From contig OY969584.1 in assembly GCA_963701285.1 (NCBI GenBank), positions 2,263,709-2,327,708 on the forward strand: a DNA stretch of 64,000 nt. Reading direction: 5' to 3'. A program made the translations under genes and the position numbers. The notes beneath the pieces were generated by a model that worked only from the letters and a program-made list of their open reading frames with translations, did no database searches and was not told the DNA's origin. The first letter of the stretch is position 1, and each line of letters begins with the position of its first letter. Positions 17,341 to 26,671 of this stretch are shown here, piece after piece. Origin of the DNA: an uncultured Chloroflexia bacterium (GTDB lineage: Bacteria; Chloroflexota; Dehalococcoidia; SM23-28-2).

Positions 17341-18573
17341 ATGACCCTCGACTTCCAGCGAGTCGCCGCCCAACTCGACGGCCTGGGCCCCCACCTGCGC
17401 TCGCGGGCCGGGGAGGCGCACGAACGGTTGACCCGCGCCCTCGAAGCTGTGCACGCTTGGGCCCGCCGGCCGGATGACTTGCGCCGCCGCCTGGCCGAGG
17501 CGGACACCCGCTGGCGGCTGGCCGAGCCCTTAGGCGAGCCCCTTGATGCGGCCATCGATCCGCCGCCTCCACCGGCCGACTACGTGGCCCTGGCCACCGA
17601 CGGCTCCCACATCGACGTCGACCGCCACAGCCCGCTGCCCTGCTACCTGATGAACCTCGGCTGCGCCCGCATCCGCTACGGCCGCTCGCCGGACGCCGAG
17701 CTCGCCAATGAGCCGGAGCTGGCCTATGCCGACCAGCGCCTCGTCCTGGGCGACCCCAGCGACGCCAGCCGAGAGGCAACCCTGCGCGGCGACCTCCTGG
17801 CCGCGCTCCGCAGTGTGCGCGAGGTGGAGCGGCTGGCCGACCTGGCGGCTGCCAGCGACGCCGACCTGCCCACCCTGGCTCTCGTCGACGGCACCTTCCT
17901 CCTCTGGGGCCTGGCCCGGGAGGAGATCACCGGCCCGGTCAAACGCTACCTTCTGGACGAAGGGATGATTCCCGCCCTCGACCGCCTGCAGGCGCTGGCC
18001 CGCGAAAGGCCGGTGCTCCCGGCGGGCTACGTCAGCCGGCCCGACCGGGGTGAGGTCGTCCATTCCCTGCGGGTGGCCGTCTGCCCCCTGCCCAGGGTCG
18101 ACTGCAAGGCCTGCCCCCGTCGCGACGGCGGCGAGCGACCCTGCGACGAAGTGGGCGTCGCTTCCGACCGCCAGCTCTTCGCCGCGCTCCTCGCCCCCGG
18201 CCAGCGGTCGGCCGTCTTCGCGCCCCAGCCCACGCCGAGGTCGATCGAAGCGGAGTACTACGGCGCCCACCGCCTGGCAATCTTCTACCTGCGAACGCCC
18301 GCCGGCGGCATCGACGAGATCGCCTGCGTGGAGATGCCCCTCTGGCTGGCCCAGGACGACCAGCGCGTAGCCTTGCTCCACGCCCTCCTCCTGGACCAGT
18401 GCCGCCGGAGCGTGGGCTATCCCCTGGCCCTTGCTGAAGCTCACGAGCAGGCGGTGATCACCGGGCCGGAGCGCGAGGTCTTCCGCAGCCTGCTGGAGAC
18501 GGAGGTGGCTGCCGCGGGGATGGTTGCATCGACATCGGCCAAAGCCTTGAGAAAGAGGGAGCGCGGGCTATGA
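17341..18573 (+). CDS. NurA-like 5'-3' nuclease domain protein
   Basis: 410-aa ORF with the NurA motifs ALATDGSHIDV (N-terminal catalytic Asp in D-G-S) and LALVDGTFLLWGL (second D-G motif). Its stop overlaps the next start (ATGA). Confidence 0.65.
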   Translation: MTLDFQRVAAQLDGLGPHLRSRAGEAHERLTRALEAVHAWARRPDDLRRRLAEADTRWRLAEPLGEPLDAAIDPPPPPADYVALATDGSHIDVDRHSPLPCYLMNLGCARIRYGRSPDAELANEPELAYADQRLVLGDPSDASREATLRGDLLAALRSVREVERLADLAAASDADLPTLALVDGTFLLWGLAREEITGPVKRYLLDEGMIPALDRLQALARERPVLPAGYVSRPDRGEVVHSLRVAVCPLPRVDCKACPRRDGGERPCDEVGVASDRQLFAALLAPGQRSAVFAPQPTPRSIEAEYYGAHRLAIFYLRTPAGGIDEIACVEMPLWLAQDDQRVALLHALLLDQCRRSVGYPLALAEAHEQAVITGPEREVFRSLLETEVAAAGMVASTSAKALRKRERGL

Positions 18574-19154
18574 ACGAAGCCCCACCGCAGATCATCGGGC
18601 AGGTGGTGCAGGCGGACATCGCCAGCTTCACCACCGGTTGCCCGTTGCTCCAGACGCCACCGCTGGGTAGCCTGCTCAGGGTAGACGAGGGCAACGCTAT
18701 CTTCGCTGTCGTCTGCGACGCCTCCACCGAGAGCATCGACGGCCGCCCGCCGGTGGCGCGCCTGTCCGGCGAGGCGGATCTGGAATCGTACCTGGAGACC
18801 CATCCCCACCTGCGCCATCTCCTCCAGACCAAGTGCGAGGCCGTCGTCGTCGGCCACCAGGACGGGGCCCAGTTCCACCACTATCTGCCGTCGGCGCCCG
18901 CCCCCCTCTTCGCCCCCGTCCGCCGCTGCTCGGCCGAGGAGACGGCCCGCTTCAGTCAGACTCTCGACTTCCTAAAGCTCCTCCTCGAGGCGCCCGCCCA
19001 CAGCGACGAGACGACCGCTGCCTGCCTGCGCCTGGCCGCCGCAGTCCACAGCGACGGCCGCGCCTTCCTGGTGCGGGCGGGCAAGGAGCTGGCGCGCCTG
19101 CTGGCGACCGAGCCCCAGCGCCTCACGTCCATCCTCAGGAGGGTGCGACCATGA
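18570..19154 (+). CDS. hypothetical protein, translationally coupled between the NurA-like and HerA-like genes
   Basis: 194-aa ORF with ATGA overlaps at both ends. No recognisable motif. The N-terminal IIGQVVQADIASF...GSLLRVDEGNAIFAVVCDA resembles a small beta-barrel pattern, which is speculative. Confidence 0.5.
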   Translation: MNEAPPQIIGQVVQADIASFTTGCPLLQTPPLGSLLRVDEGNAIFAVVCDASTESIDGRPPVARLSGEADLESYLETHPHLRHLLQTKCEAVVVGHQDGAQFHHYLPSAPAPLFAPVRRCSAEETARFSQTLDFLKLLLEAPAHSDETTAACLRLAAAVHSDGRAFLVRAGKELARLLATEPQRLTSILRRVRP

Positions 19155-20797
19155 ACGACCACGACTCGCCGACAGCGGACGCCCGGCGGCTGGGCCTGGT
19201 GGTGGGCGGCTCCCTGTCCGAGGGGCTCGATGTGCGCCTGGACAGCGGCCGCTCGGTGGAGGAGATGGCGGTGGGCAAGTACGTCATCATCCAGGGCCAG
19301 CGCTCCCGCTTCTTCGCCATCCTCAACGACGTGAAGCTGCGCTCCACCAGCGCCGAGATCGCCTGGTCGCTGCCGGAGCTGGCCGACGACTTCTCGCGCG
19401 AGGTGATGGCGGGCACCGCCACCTTCGGCAGCCTCCACGTGGTGCCCTACCTGAAGGTGGGGCCCACCGCCGACGCCCCCTTCGAGCCGGCCAAGACGGT
19501 GCCCGGCCACTTCGCCGAGGTGTGGGACGCCTCGCAGGAGGACGTGGAGCGCATCTTCGGCCAGGACGACGGCGACCACTTCGTCATCGGCAGCCCCTTG
19601 GACATGGAAGTGAAGGTCTGCCTCAACTACCAGCGCTTCGCCGAGCGCAGCAACGGCGTCTTCGGCAAGAGCGGCACCGGCAAGACCTTCCTCACCCGCC
19701 TCATCCTGGCCAGCGTCATCCTCAAAAGCGGCGCCCAGCGCGAGGCCCGCAAGCGGGTGGTCAACCTGGTTTTCGACATGCACAACGAGTACGGCTGGAA
19801 GGGCACAAGCGAGGGCCCCAGCGGCGAGGTCAAGGGCCTGAAGCAGCTCTTGGACGCCAGCGTCGCCGTCTTCACCCTCGACCCCGAGAGCTCGCGCCGC
19901 CGCGGCGTCCCCACCGACGCTGTGGTGGAGGTCGGCCTCGATGAGGTGGAGCCCGAGGACGTGGAGGTACTCAAGGAGACCCTCTACCTGACCGACCTGG
20001 CGGTGCAGGCCTGCTTCTCGCTGGAGCGCCACTTCCGCCGCGCCTGGATCCAGCAGGCCATCGCCCTGGACGCCGCCGATGAGGAAGGCCGCGACCTCCT
20101 GAAGAGCCTGAACATCGACGAGCGCTCCTTCCGGAACCTGCGCCGCGGCCTGGAGCGGCTGGCCCGCCTGGGCTTCCTCCACCCCCACAGCGACCAGAAG
20201 TCGGTGCAGACCATCCTCGGCTATCTGGAGAAAGGTCGCAACGTGGTCCTGGAGTTCGGCCGCTATGAGAACGACCTGACCGCTTACATCTTCGTCGCCA
20301 ACCTGCTCACCCGCCGCATCCACGAGCGCTACCGCCAGCAGACGGAGGCGGCCATGGGCGAGAGCGGCCAGGAGCCCATCCACCTGATGATCACCATCGA
20401 GGAAGCCCACAAGTTCCTCAACCCGGCCGTGGCCAGCCAGACGGTCTTCGGCCAGATCGCCCGCGAGATGCGCAAGTACAACGTCACCCTACTGATCGTC
20501 GACCAGCGGCCCAGCGCCATCGACGCGGAGGTCATGTCCCAGGTCGGGACCAAGATTGCCTGCCTGCTGGACAACGAGGCCGACGTGGACGCCGTCCTGG
20601 CCGGCGTGGGCGAGAAGCGCGAGCTGCGGTCGGTCCTGGCGCGGATGGAGTCGCGGCAGCAGGCGCTCATCTTCGGGCACGCCGTGCCCATGCCGGTGGT
20701 CGTCCGCACCGAGGAATACGGCTCGGAGGCGTCCTACGCCCGCTTCGCTGCGGCCCGCCCCTTCCGCGAGCGGCTGGAGGAGATGTACAGCGAATGA
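19151..20797 (+). CDS. HerA-like (FtsK-HerA superfamily, DUF87) ATPase/helicase
   Basis: The track ORF starts at 18833, but the ATG at 19151 gives MNDHDSPT... with a HAS-barrel-like N-terminus (LGLVVGGSLSEGLDVRLDS...VGKYVIIQG). Walker A is GKSGTGKTFL, Walker B is LMITIEEAHKF, and the HerA-type motif is LLIVDQRPSAID. Confidence 0.7.
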   Translation: MNDHDSPTADARRLGLVVGGSLSEGLDVRLDSGRSVEEMAVGKYVIIQGQRSRFFAILNDVKLRSTSAEIAWSLPELADDFSREVMAGTATFGSLHVVPYLKVGPTADAPFEPAKTVPGHFAEVWDASQEDVERIFGQDDGDHFVIGSPLDMEVKVCLNYQRFAERSNGVFGKSGTGKTFLTRLILASVILKSGAQREARKRVVNLVFDMHNEYGWKGTSEGPSGEVKGLKQLLDASVAVFTLDPESSRRRGVPTDAVVEVGLDEVEPEDVEVLKETLYLTDLAVQACFSLERHFRRAWIQQAIALDAADEEGRDLLKSLNIDERSFRNLRRGLERLARLGFLHPHSDQKSVQTILGYLEKGRNVVLEFGRYENDLTAYIFVANLLTRRIHERYRQQTEAAMGESGQEPIHLMITIEEAHKFLNPAVASQTVFGQIAREMRKYNVTLLIVDQRPSAIDAEVMSQVGTKIACLLDNEADVDAVLAGVGEKRELRSVLARMESRQQALIFGHAVPMPVVVRTEEYGSEASYARFAAARPFRERLEEMYSE

Positions 20798-20800
20798 CGT

Positions 20801-20828
20801 GTAGGGGCGGCTCGCGAGCTGCCCCTAC
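20801..20828 (+). terminator. hairpin terminator downstream of the herA-like gene
   Basis: gtaggggc-ggctcgcgagct-gcccctac, an 8-bp GC stem 4 nt after the stop codon. Confidence 0.45.
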
Positions 20829-20874
20829 ATCGCTCAGCCGTAGCCGCAGGGCTTCAGCCCTGCATTGCGTCCGC

Positions 20875-20902
20875 CTTGACAAGCCGCGCCCGCGCCGTAT
20901 GA
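20875..20902 (+). promoter_or_regulatory. sigma70-like promoter (TTGACA-16-TATGAT) for the lipoprotein gene
   Basis: Exact consensus hexamers about 40-80 nt upstream of the candidate starts at 20941 and 20983. Confidence 0.5.
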
Positions 20903-20940
20903 TCGGCCTGCGATTCGATGTCTAGCCGAGCGGCTTCCAT

Positions 20941-21756
20941 ATGAAGGTGAGGAATCCCGTGTCGGGTCATGCTGGCGCGAAAATGAGATCCTCCGTTTGC
21001 CCGGCCCTCAAACTACTGGCAGCCGGTGGAGCCCTTGCCCTGGCGGCCATATCCTGTGGCGGTGGCGAGGGACCCCCGCCTTCGGGTACGCCGACGCCCT
21101 CTGCGGCGGTGGCGGAAGGCCCAGACTTCGTGGTGCAAGGCGTGGATCCGGCCACGCTATGCTTCGATTTGGACGCCCTTCCCAGTGGTTTCGTTCTGGA
21201 CGGCGAAGGCGCGCGTGACAACGAGTCCGCCGCTCAGTTGGCGCCCGACCCTCGACAACGCGAGCAGGAGTACCAGACATGGGGTCGCATCAGCGGCTAC
21301 TATCGTCAGTGGGCCTTTTCGCCCCCCAGTGAGCTCAAAAAGGAAGAGGCGAGTCGCCTAAGCAAGGAGGAGGCAGACGCAGCGGAGGAAAGGGCGAGGC
21401 AAGAGATCCTGGCTGCGCCCTTCAGTGGGGCCACTTGTACTGTCGATCTCTACACTAATGCCCAGGGGGCGCGCGAAGCCTTCGCCGCTCTGGCCAGCGA
21501 TGTGAAGAACCCACCCGTACCCGCCGGCACCAAGGTCGACGTGGATGAAGGCGCCGGCCCTGGGATCGGCAGCGAGAGCAGGGCCTTTGCGCAACGATTT
21601 CAGGGGATCAACGTCTTCGTCGTCATCTTCGTGATGCGAAATGTTGTCGCACAGGCGTCTGTGGTCGCTCCCACAGAGAACGACGCCGCCGGTAGCGCAG
21701 AAGAGCTGGCACGAGCCCTGGGGGAGCTTCTCCACACCCGCTTACAGGTCGAATAG
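20941..21756 (+). CDS. hypothetical lipoprotein (alternative start 20983)
   Basis: Signal peptide ending in the lipobox LAAISC followed by GGGEGPPPSGTPTPS. There is an acidic, coiled region in the middle and no known domain. Confidence 0.6.
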   Translation: MKVRNPVSGHAGAKMRSSVCPALKLLAAGGALALAAISCGGGEGPPPSGTPTPSAAVAEGPDFVVQGVDPATLCFDLDALPSGFVLDGEGARDNESAAQLAPDPRQREQEYQTWGRISGYYRQWAFSPPSELKKEEASRLSKEEADAAEERARQEILAAPFSGATCTVDLYTNAQGAREAFAALASDVKNPPVPAGTKVDVDEGAGPGIGSESRAFAQRFQGINVFVVIFVMRNVVAQASVVAPTENDAAGSAEELARALGELLHTRLQVE

Positions 21757-21965
21757 TAGCCTCCAGGCCAGGCGCCGCTGGCGCCTGCGCCCGGCCGCCT
21801 CGGGGACAGAAGGCGACGCGCCGCTGCCAGCACGACCGCAGCGAGCAGTCCAAAGACAGGCGTTCCTTGACAAGCCCCGCTCCCGTCGTATCACTGGGCC
21901 ACGGCCTGTGCGAACCATCAGACACCGGCCTCACAGTGACAGGCCGAGAAGGAGACCTTGCCGTA

Positions 21966-23123
21966 TTGAACAGAGGCGTTCTCTTCCTGCTCGCCGTCGC
22001 CCTCGCCCTGCTGGCATCTCCCGGCCTTGGCACTGTGGCTGCCTACGGTGATGATCTGTTGATCTCGAACAATCAGATATCTGGGCCTGCCGCTGGCCCC
22101 CTCATAGACGTCACGGGCAATCGCATCGGGGTCACAGACAACGAGCTGAGCGGCACGACCGGCTACGGAATCCAGGCAGAGACCTTAGCGGGCTTCATCT
22201 CCACCGACGTCACAATCGCCCGCAACACCTTCAACCGCGGACAAGCCCATCCACCTTCTGGACTCGGACCCAGGTGACGGCTTCCCCCTGGCCGCGACCA
22301 TCGGCGGCAGCCAGGCCGACGCCAACACCTTCACCGACTCCGGGGGGGCTCTCGGCGACTCCAACTACCTGCTGGCGCTGACCGACATCCAAACGAACAT
22401 CGATGCCCGATACAACGACTGGGGCCTCTGCACGGCGGCCGAGATCGAGCAGGAGATCTACGACAAGGCCGACGACCCCGCACTGGGCCGCGTCGACTTC
22501 GAACCCTTCATCGCCGCCAGCGGTTGCTCGTCGACCCCCACGCCAACGACCACCGCTACGCCCAGCCCAACGCCCACACCTGGCGGCACCCGGACGGTGA
22601 CCATTCCTCCGGGAGCTGGGCCAACTTCGCCTGGACCGGCGATAGCTCCGCTCAGACCGTCGCCGACTGCTTTAACGGGGGCAACATATCCGTCATGTAC
22701 CGCCTGGACGCCGCCACCCAGGCCTTCCAGCGCTGGATCAGCGGCCGCCCGGAGCTGACCAACATGGGCGACGTCCAGCGCTACGACGCCCTCCTGGCCC
22801 TCAACGCCGGCAGCCAGCCGGCCACCTGCACCATGCCCGACGTGTTGCTCGCCCGCACCGTGACCATCCCGGCCGGGAGCTGGGCCAACTTCGCCTGGAC
22901 CAGCATGATCAGCCCCCCTGCCGACGGCGCGGCCGCCTGCTTCGGGCAAGGCAACATCGCCGTCATGTACCACTTGGACACCGCCACCCAGACCTTCCAG
23001 CGCTGGATCAGCGGCCGCCCGGAGCTCTCGAACATGGGAGCCGTCGCTCAGTACGACGCCCTGCTGGCCCTCAGCGCCAGTGGTCAGCCGGCCGCCTGCC
23101 AATTCGCCGGCGCGGCCCCCTGA
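21966..23123 (+). CDS. secreted right-handed beta-helix (PbH1/NosD-like) repeat protein with a PT linker and a duplicated C-terminal roughly 85-aa module; reading frame disrupted twice by compensating indels
   Basis: Start is a TTG at 21966 with a GAAGGAG RBS 10 nt upstream, followed by the signal peptide NRGVLFLLAVALALLASPGLG. The ATG at 21867 sits inside a TTGACA-16-TATCAC promoter. Frame 0 carries the beta-helix repeats (ISNNQISG, VTDNELSG, TIARNTF). Near 22236 coding continues in the +1 frame (...NTFTDSGGALGDSNYLLALTDIQTNIDARYNDWG..., then the PT linker). Near 22605 it returns to frame 0 for two copies of the SWANFAWT...QRWISGRPEL module. The two indels, about 370 bp apart, are +1 and -1. 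Confidence 0.6.
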
Positions 23124-23145
23124 GCCATGAAGGGAGGCCTACACC

Positions 23146-23385
23146 ATGCCACGCGGCAAGGGTCTGAGACGCTTCTTCGGCTGGTCCTGGCTCTCCGGCG
23201 TGTCCCTTCCCGGCTTCAGGCTCCCCAAGGCCGCCGAGGACGAACTGCGTAGCGAGATCGACGAGGACCTCAGCGCGCCGGAGGAGCCGCCGGAGCCGCT
23301 GCCGGACGCGGAGATAAGCGAGAAGGAGCGCGAAGAGGCGGTGCGCCGCGACCAGCGTGAGCTGGAGGAAAAGGGCCGGCGCTAG
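23146..23385 (+). CDS. small acidic hypothetical protein
   Basis: 79-aa ORF with an RBS AAGGGAGG 8 nt upstream. Charged, low-complexity C-terminus. Weak support. Confidence 0.3.
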   Translation: MPRGKGLRRFFGWSWLSGVSLPGFRLPKAAEDELRSEIDEDLSAPEEPPEPLPDAEISEKEREEAVRRDQRELEEKGRR

Positions 23386-23400
23386 GCCGAGGGATCGGGC

Positions 23401-23495
23401 TCGCCCTTCGACAGGCTCAGGGCGAGCGGTCCTGTTCCCCCCTCATGGTGAGCGGCCTGCTGCCCGCTCATGGTTCGACGGGCTCACCATGAGCG
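23401..23495. repeat. composite inverted-repeat intergenic element, copy 3 (three units)
   Basis: ccttcgacaggctcagggcgagcgg ... ctcatggtgagcgg ... ccgctcatggttcgacgggctcaccatgagcgg. Confidence 0.8.
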
Positions 23496-23571
23496 GAAGC
23501 CTAGGACTGCCAGGCGGTCGCAGCCGCCAGTAGAGGCCCCAGCGCCCCCGCTCAGGGGCTTGGGGGAACCC

Positions 23572-23886
23572 TCACGAGAGGCGCCGGTGGGCGAACCAGC
23601 GGCTCTTCTCCTGACGGCTCTTGCCCGGGCGGCGGCTGGCCTGCCAGTCCACGTACAGCTCGTACACCTCGCCCTCGCTCGTACGCACGCGATAGTGGAC
23701 GCGCTGGGCCTGGTCGCGGCGCTCAAGGTGGCCGGGGATCTCTTGCCCAGCGCCCTGCTCCTCCCAGCGCTGGAGCACCTCCGCCACCCGGTGCTCCTTC
23801 TTTCCCAGGCGGAAGACCGCCGGCGAAGGCGCTTCTCCTTCGCCCAGCTCCACCTCAATGGCCTTGCCGATGAACTCTACCGGCAC
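23572..23886 (-). CDS. hypothetical protein
   Basis: 104-aa ORF with plausible codon usage. No motif recognised. Confidence 0.35.
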   Translation of the reverse strand: MPVEFIGKAIEVELGEGEAPSPAVFRLGKKEHRVAEVLQRWEEQGAGQEIPGHLERRDQAQRVHYRVRTSEGEVYELYVDWQASRRPGKSRQEKSRWFAHRRLS

Positions 23887-23913
23887 AGTGGACCTCGCAG
23901 GAACAGAACCAGA

Positions 23914-26472
23914 CTAGCTGCCCGGCGCCGGCGCCAGGCGCGGGAAGAACCGCCCCAGGATGCGGCCCAAGTCTCCCTCTTCCCAGCTCACCAGGATCTG
24001 GCTGGCGACGAAGATGGAGCTGTAGGTACCGCTGATGACACCGATGAGGAGCACCACCAGGAAGCTCTGGATGCTCACGCCGCCCAGCAGGAGAAGGGCG
24101 ACGATCGTCACCGCCACCGTCATCGAGGTGTTGATGGAGCGGGCGAGCGTCTCCGTAAGGCTGGCGTTGACCACCTCCGCGAAGGGCACACCTGGGTTCC
24201 GACCTACATTCTCTCGGATGCGGTCGAATACGACGATAGTGTCGTGCGTGCTGAACCCGATCACCGTCAGCAGTCCGGTGATGAACATGGTGTTGATCTC
24301 GGTGCCGAAGACCTTCCCGAAAATGGAGAAGAGACCGACTACGACCACCACGTCGTGCAAAGTGGCCACGATGGCGGCGATGCCGTAGCGCCACGGTTTC
24401 GCCAACCCCCGGAACGCAAAGCTTATGTACAGCACAATCGCCACCGACGCCGCCAGCACAGCCACGGTGGCGTTCCGCCCGATCTGCCGCGACACGATCT
24501 CCGACACAGAGTTGAAATCGAGCACCGTCAGCGGGCCAAAGCGGCTCTGCAGCCCGGCTTGAATGCTGTCCCGCTCAGAAGGCAGGGCGGGGCCGACCGG
24601 CGGCACGTCGCTCGCCCCCTGCAGCTGACCCATCCGGATGAGGAAGTCACCCTCGCCGGTGCGCTGCACGCGGGCCTCGGGGTGGCCCAGGTCGACCAGA
24701 GCCGTGTGGACATCGCTCGCCTGCACCGATTGCTCCAAGCGGACGGTCATGCTGGTCCCAGCGGAGAACTCGATGCCCGGCCTCAGCGCCGGCGGTACCA
24801 ACAGCGAGATAATGCCAGGCACCATGATGGCCGCTGAGAGCAGGTAGTAGAAGCCGCGCCGGTGCACGAAGTCCAGGAAGTGCCCGCCGCCGCGGCCCGG
24901 GGAGGCGCTGGGCAGGCTCTGTCGCACCGGCAGCCCCGCCGCCGCCTCCGGCGTCGGCTTGACGGCCGGCGCGCCGAACCAGCCCAGCCGGCGCGACATT
25001 CCGGTGGTCACCATCAGCCGCAGGTAGGTGCGCGTGACGACGATAGCCGAGAACATGCTGACCAGCACACCGATGGCCAGGGTAATAGCGAACCCCTTTA
25101 CCAGGGCTGCCTGGAACTGATCGCCGAACCACCAGAGGATGCCACAGGTGATGAGGGTCGAGATGTTGCTGTCTCGGATCGAGGTCCAGGCGCGGTTGAA
25201 CCCGGTTTCGATGGCCGTCACCAGGTTGCGCCCCGCGCGTAACTCCTCCTTGAGCCGCTCGAACACAAGCACGTTCGCGTCTACGGCCATGCCTACCGAC
25301 AGGACGAAAGCGGCGATGCCCGCCAGGGTCAGGGTCACCGGCCACAGCTTGAAGATCATCAGAACCACCGAGGTGTAGGTGACCAGCGCCATGCCAGCCA
25401 GCACGCCCGGCAGTCGGTAGTACGCAATCATGAAGATTATGACGGCCAGGATGCCGATCTCGCCCGCCTGGACGCTGTGCCGTACCGACTCGTCGCCCAG
25501 GGTGGCGTCCACCGTGCTCTCCTGGATGACATTCAGGGGCACCGGCAGAGCACCGGAGTTCAGCTGAATTGAGAGCGTTCGCCCCTCGTCGGCCGTCGGC
25601 CCGGTGATGACGGCGGCGCCGCCGGAGATGCGGGTTAGGATGGTGGGCGCCGAGATGATGTCGTTGTCCAAGAAGATGGCCATGGGCAGGCCGACCAGGC
25701 GGTTGGTAAGCTGGTCAAACAGTTTGCCACCCTCAGAGTTGAAATGGATTGAGACCTCGGGCCTGCCCAAGTTGTCGAAGATCACCTTGGCGTTGGGCTG
25801 AAGGAAGCTCCCCGTAAGGGTCTTTTCAAGACCGTCGCTCCCCACGCCCTTGGCCGCTATCCAGACCACGCTGCCCTTCTGTGTCCCGTCAGTGCCGATG
25901 CACTGGGTAAGGTTCTTGTTCGCGTCGGTCCTAATGTAGGCTGGGTGCAAGTCACCATTCGAGTCCGCCACCGTATCGGCCGGAACAGTGAGTGTCTGCC
26001 CGCTGGCGTCCTTGCAGACGATGTTGCCGCTGTCGTCCCGCTGCGGCTCCTCGAATTGTAGGAGGGCAGTGCGGCCGATGAGGTCGCGGGCAGCCTGCTG
26101 ACTGATGCCCGGGAGTTGAACGGCCAGGCGGTTGGCGCCCTCCCGCTGGATCTGCGACTCAGAGACGCCGAAGCCATTCACGCGCCGCTCGATAATGCTT
26201 TGGGCGCCCTTCATGGCATCGTCCACGCTGGTGCCAGAGGGCAACTTGCTGGTGTCGGCCTCGAGCAGCACGTAGGTGCCGCCCTTCAGGTCCAGACCGA
26301 GACGCATCGTCGGCCGGTCCACGCCGCCGAGTTGAAGGCCATGGCCCTTGGGCCAAGAGATGAAGCCGGGCAGATAGCGCCCGGGGTTGGAGGGCCAAAC
26401 GATGACCACAGCCATCGCTGTGAGGAGAAAGATGAGGGCGAAGACCGCCAGGTTCCCGCGACTACGCATCAC
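23914..26472 (-). CDS. secDF: protein translocase subunit SecDF (fused SecD-SecF)
   Basis: 852-aa ORF. The N-terminal half is SecD (periplasmic P1 head plus 6 TM helices). The C-terminal half is SecF (FLDFVHRRGFYYLLSAAIMVPGIISLL ...). Confidence 0.9.
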   Translation of the reverse strand: MMRSRGNLAVFALIFLLTAMAVVIVWPSNPGRYLPGFISWPKGHGLQLGGVDRPTMRLGLDLKGGTYVLLEADTSKLPSGTSVDDAMKGAQSIIERRVNGFGVSESQIQREGANRLAVQLPGISQQAARDLIGRTALLQFEEPQRDDSGNIVCKDASGQTLTVPADTVADSNGDLHPAYIRTDANKNLTQCIGTDGTQKGSVVWIAAKGVGSDGLEKTLTGSFLQPNAKVIFDNLGRPEVSIHFNSEGGKLFDQLTNRLVGLPMAIFLDNDIISAPTILTRISGGAAVITGPTADEGRTLSIQLNSGALPVPLNVIQESTVDATLGDESVRHSVQAGEIGILAVIIFMIAYYRLPGVLAGMALVTYTSVVLMIFKLWPVTLTLAGIAAFVLSVGMAVDANVLVFERLKEELRAGRNLVTAIETGFNRAWTSIRDSNISTLITCGILWWFGDQFQAALVKGFAITLAIGVLVSMFSAIVVTRTYLRLMVTTGMSRRLGWFGAPAVKPTPEAAAGLPVRQSLPSASPGRGGGHFLDFVHRRGFYYLLSAAIMVPGIISLLVPPALRPGIEFSAGTSMTVRLEQSVQASDVHTALVDLGHPEARVQRTGEGDFLIRMGQLQGASDVPPVGPALPSERDSIQAGLQSRFGPLTVLDFNSVSEIVSRQIGRNATVAVLAASVAIVLYISFAFRGLAKPWRYGIAAIVATLHDVVVVVGLFSIFGKVFGTEINTMFITGLLTVIGFSTHDTIVVFDRIRENVGRNPGVPFAEVVNASLTETLARSINTSMTVAVTIVALLLLGGVSIQSFLVVLLIGVISGTYSSIFVASQILVSWEEGDLGRILGRFFPRLAPAPGS

Positions 26473-26671
26473 TCATCTCGATGGCAAGCTCGGCCAGTAG
26501 GCATGCTAGACTCCATGCTAACGCAGCCAGACCGTAGCGTAAAGTGCAGTGGGTCCAGGTACCATCTCTCCCATTCGCAGCTGCGCTGCCGGCAGGAAGG
26601 TCGCCGCTACATTTGTCCGTCTCGGCTCAAGATACCAGATGGGCCCGCTCCTTGCGCTCCATCCTCCCCTC

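Noticed and set aside
18570-19154. The possibility that the 194-aa middle gene is simply the detached HAS-barrel N-domain of HerA, that is, a split herA.
   Set aside because: The downstream HerA-like protein already has its own HAS-barrel-like N-terminus (about 70 residues before the ATPase core). The middle protein is therefore an additional component and not a split-off domain. It is kept as a hypothesis in the finding.
21867-21965. ATG at 21867 as the start of the beta-helix gene, as used by the ORF track.
   Set aside because: That ATG is embedded in the -35 hexamer of a TTGACA-16-TATCAC promoter. An in-frame TTG at 21966, preceded by a GAAGGAG RBS and followed by a typical signal peptide, is the more plausible start.
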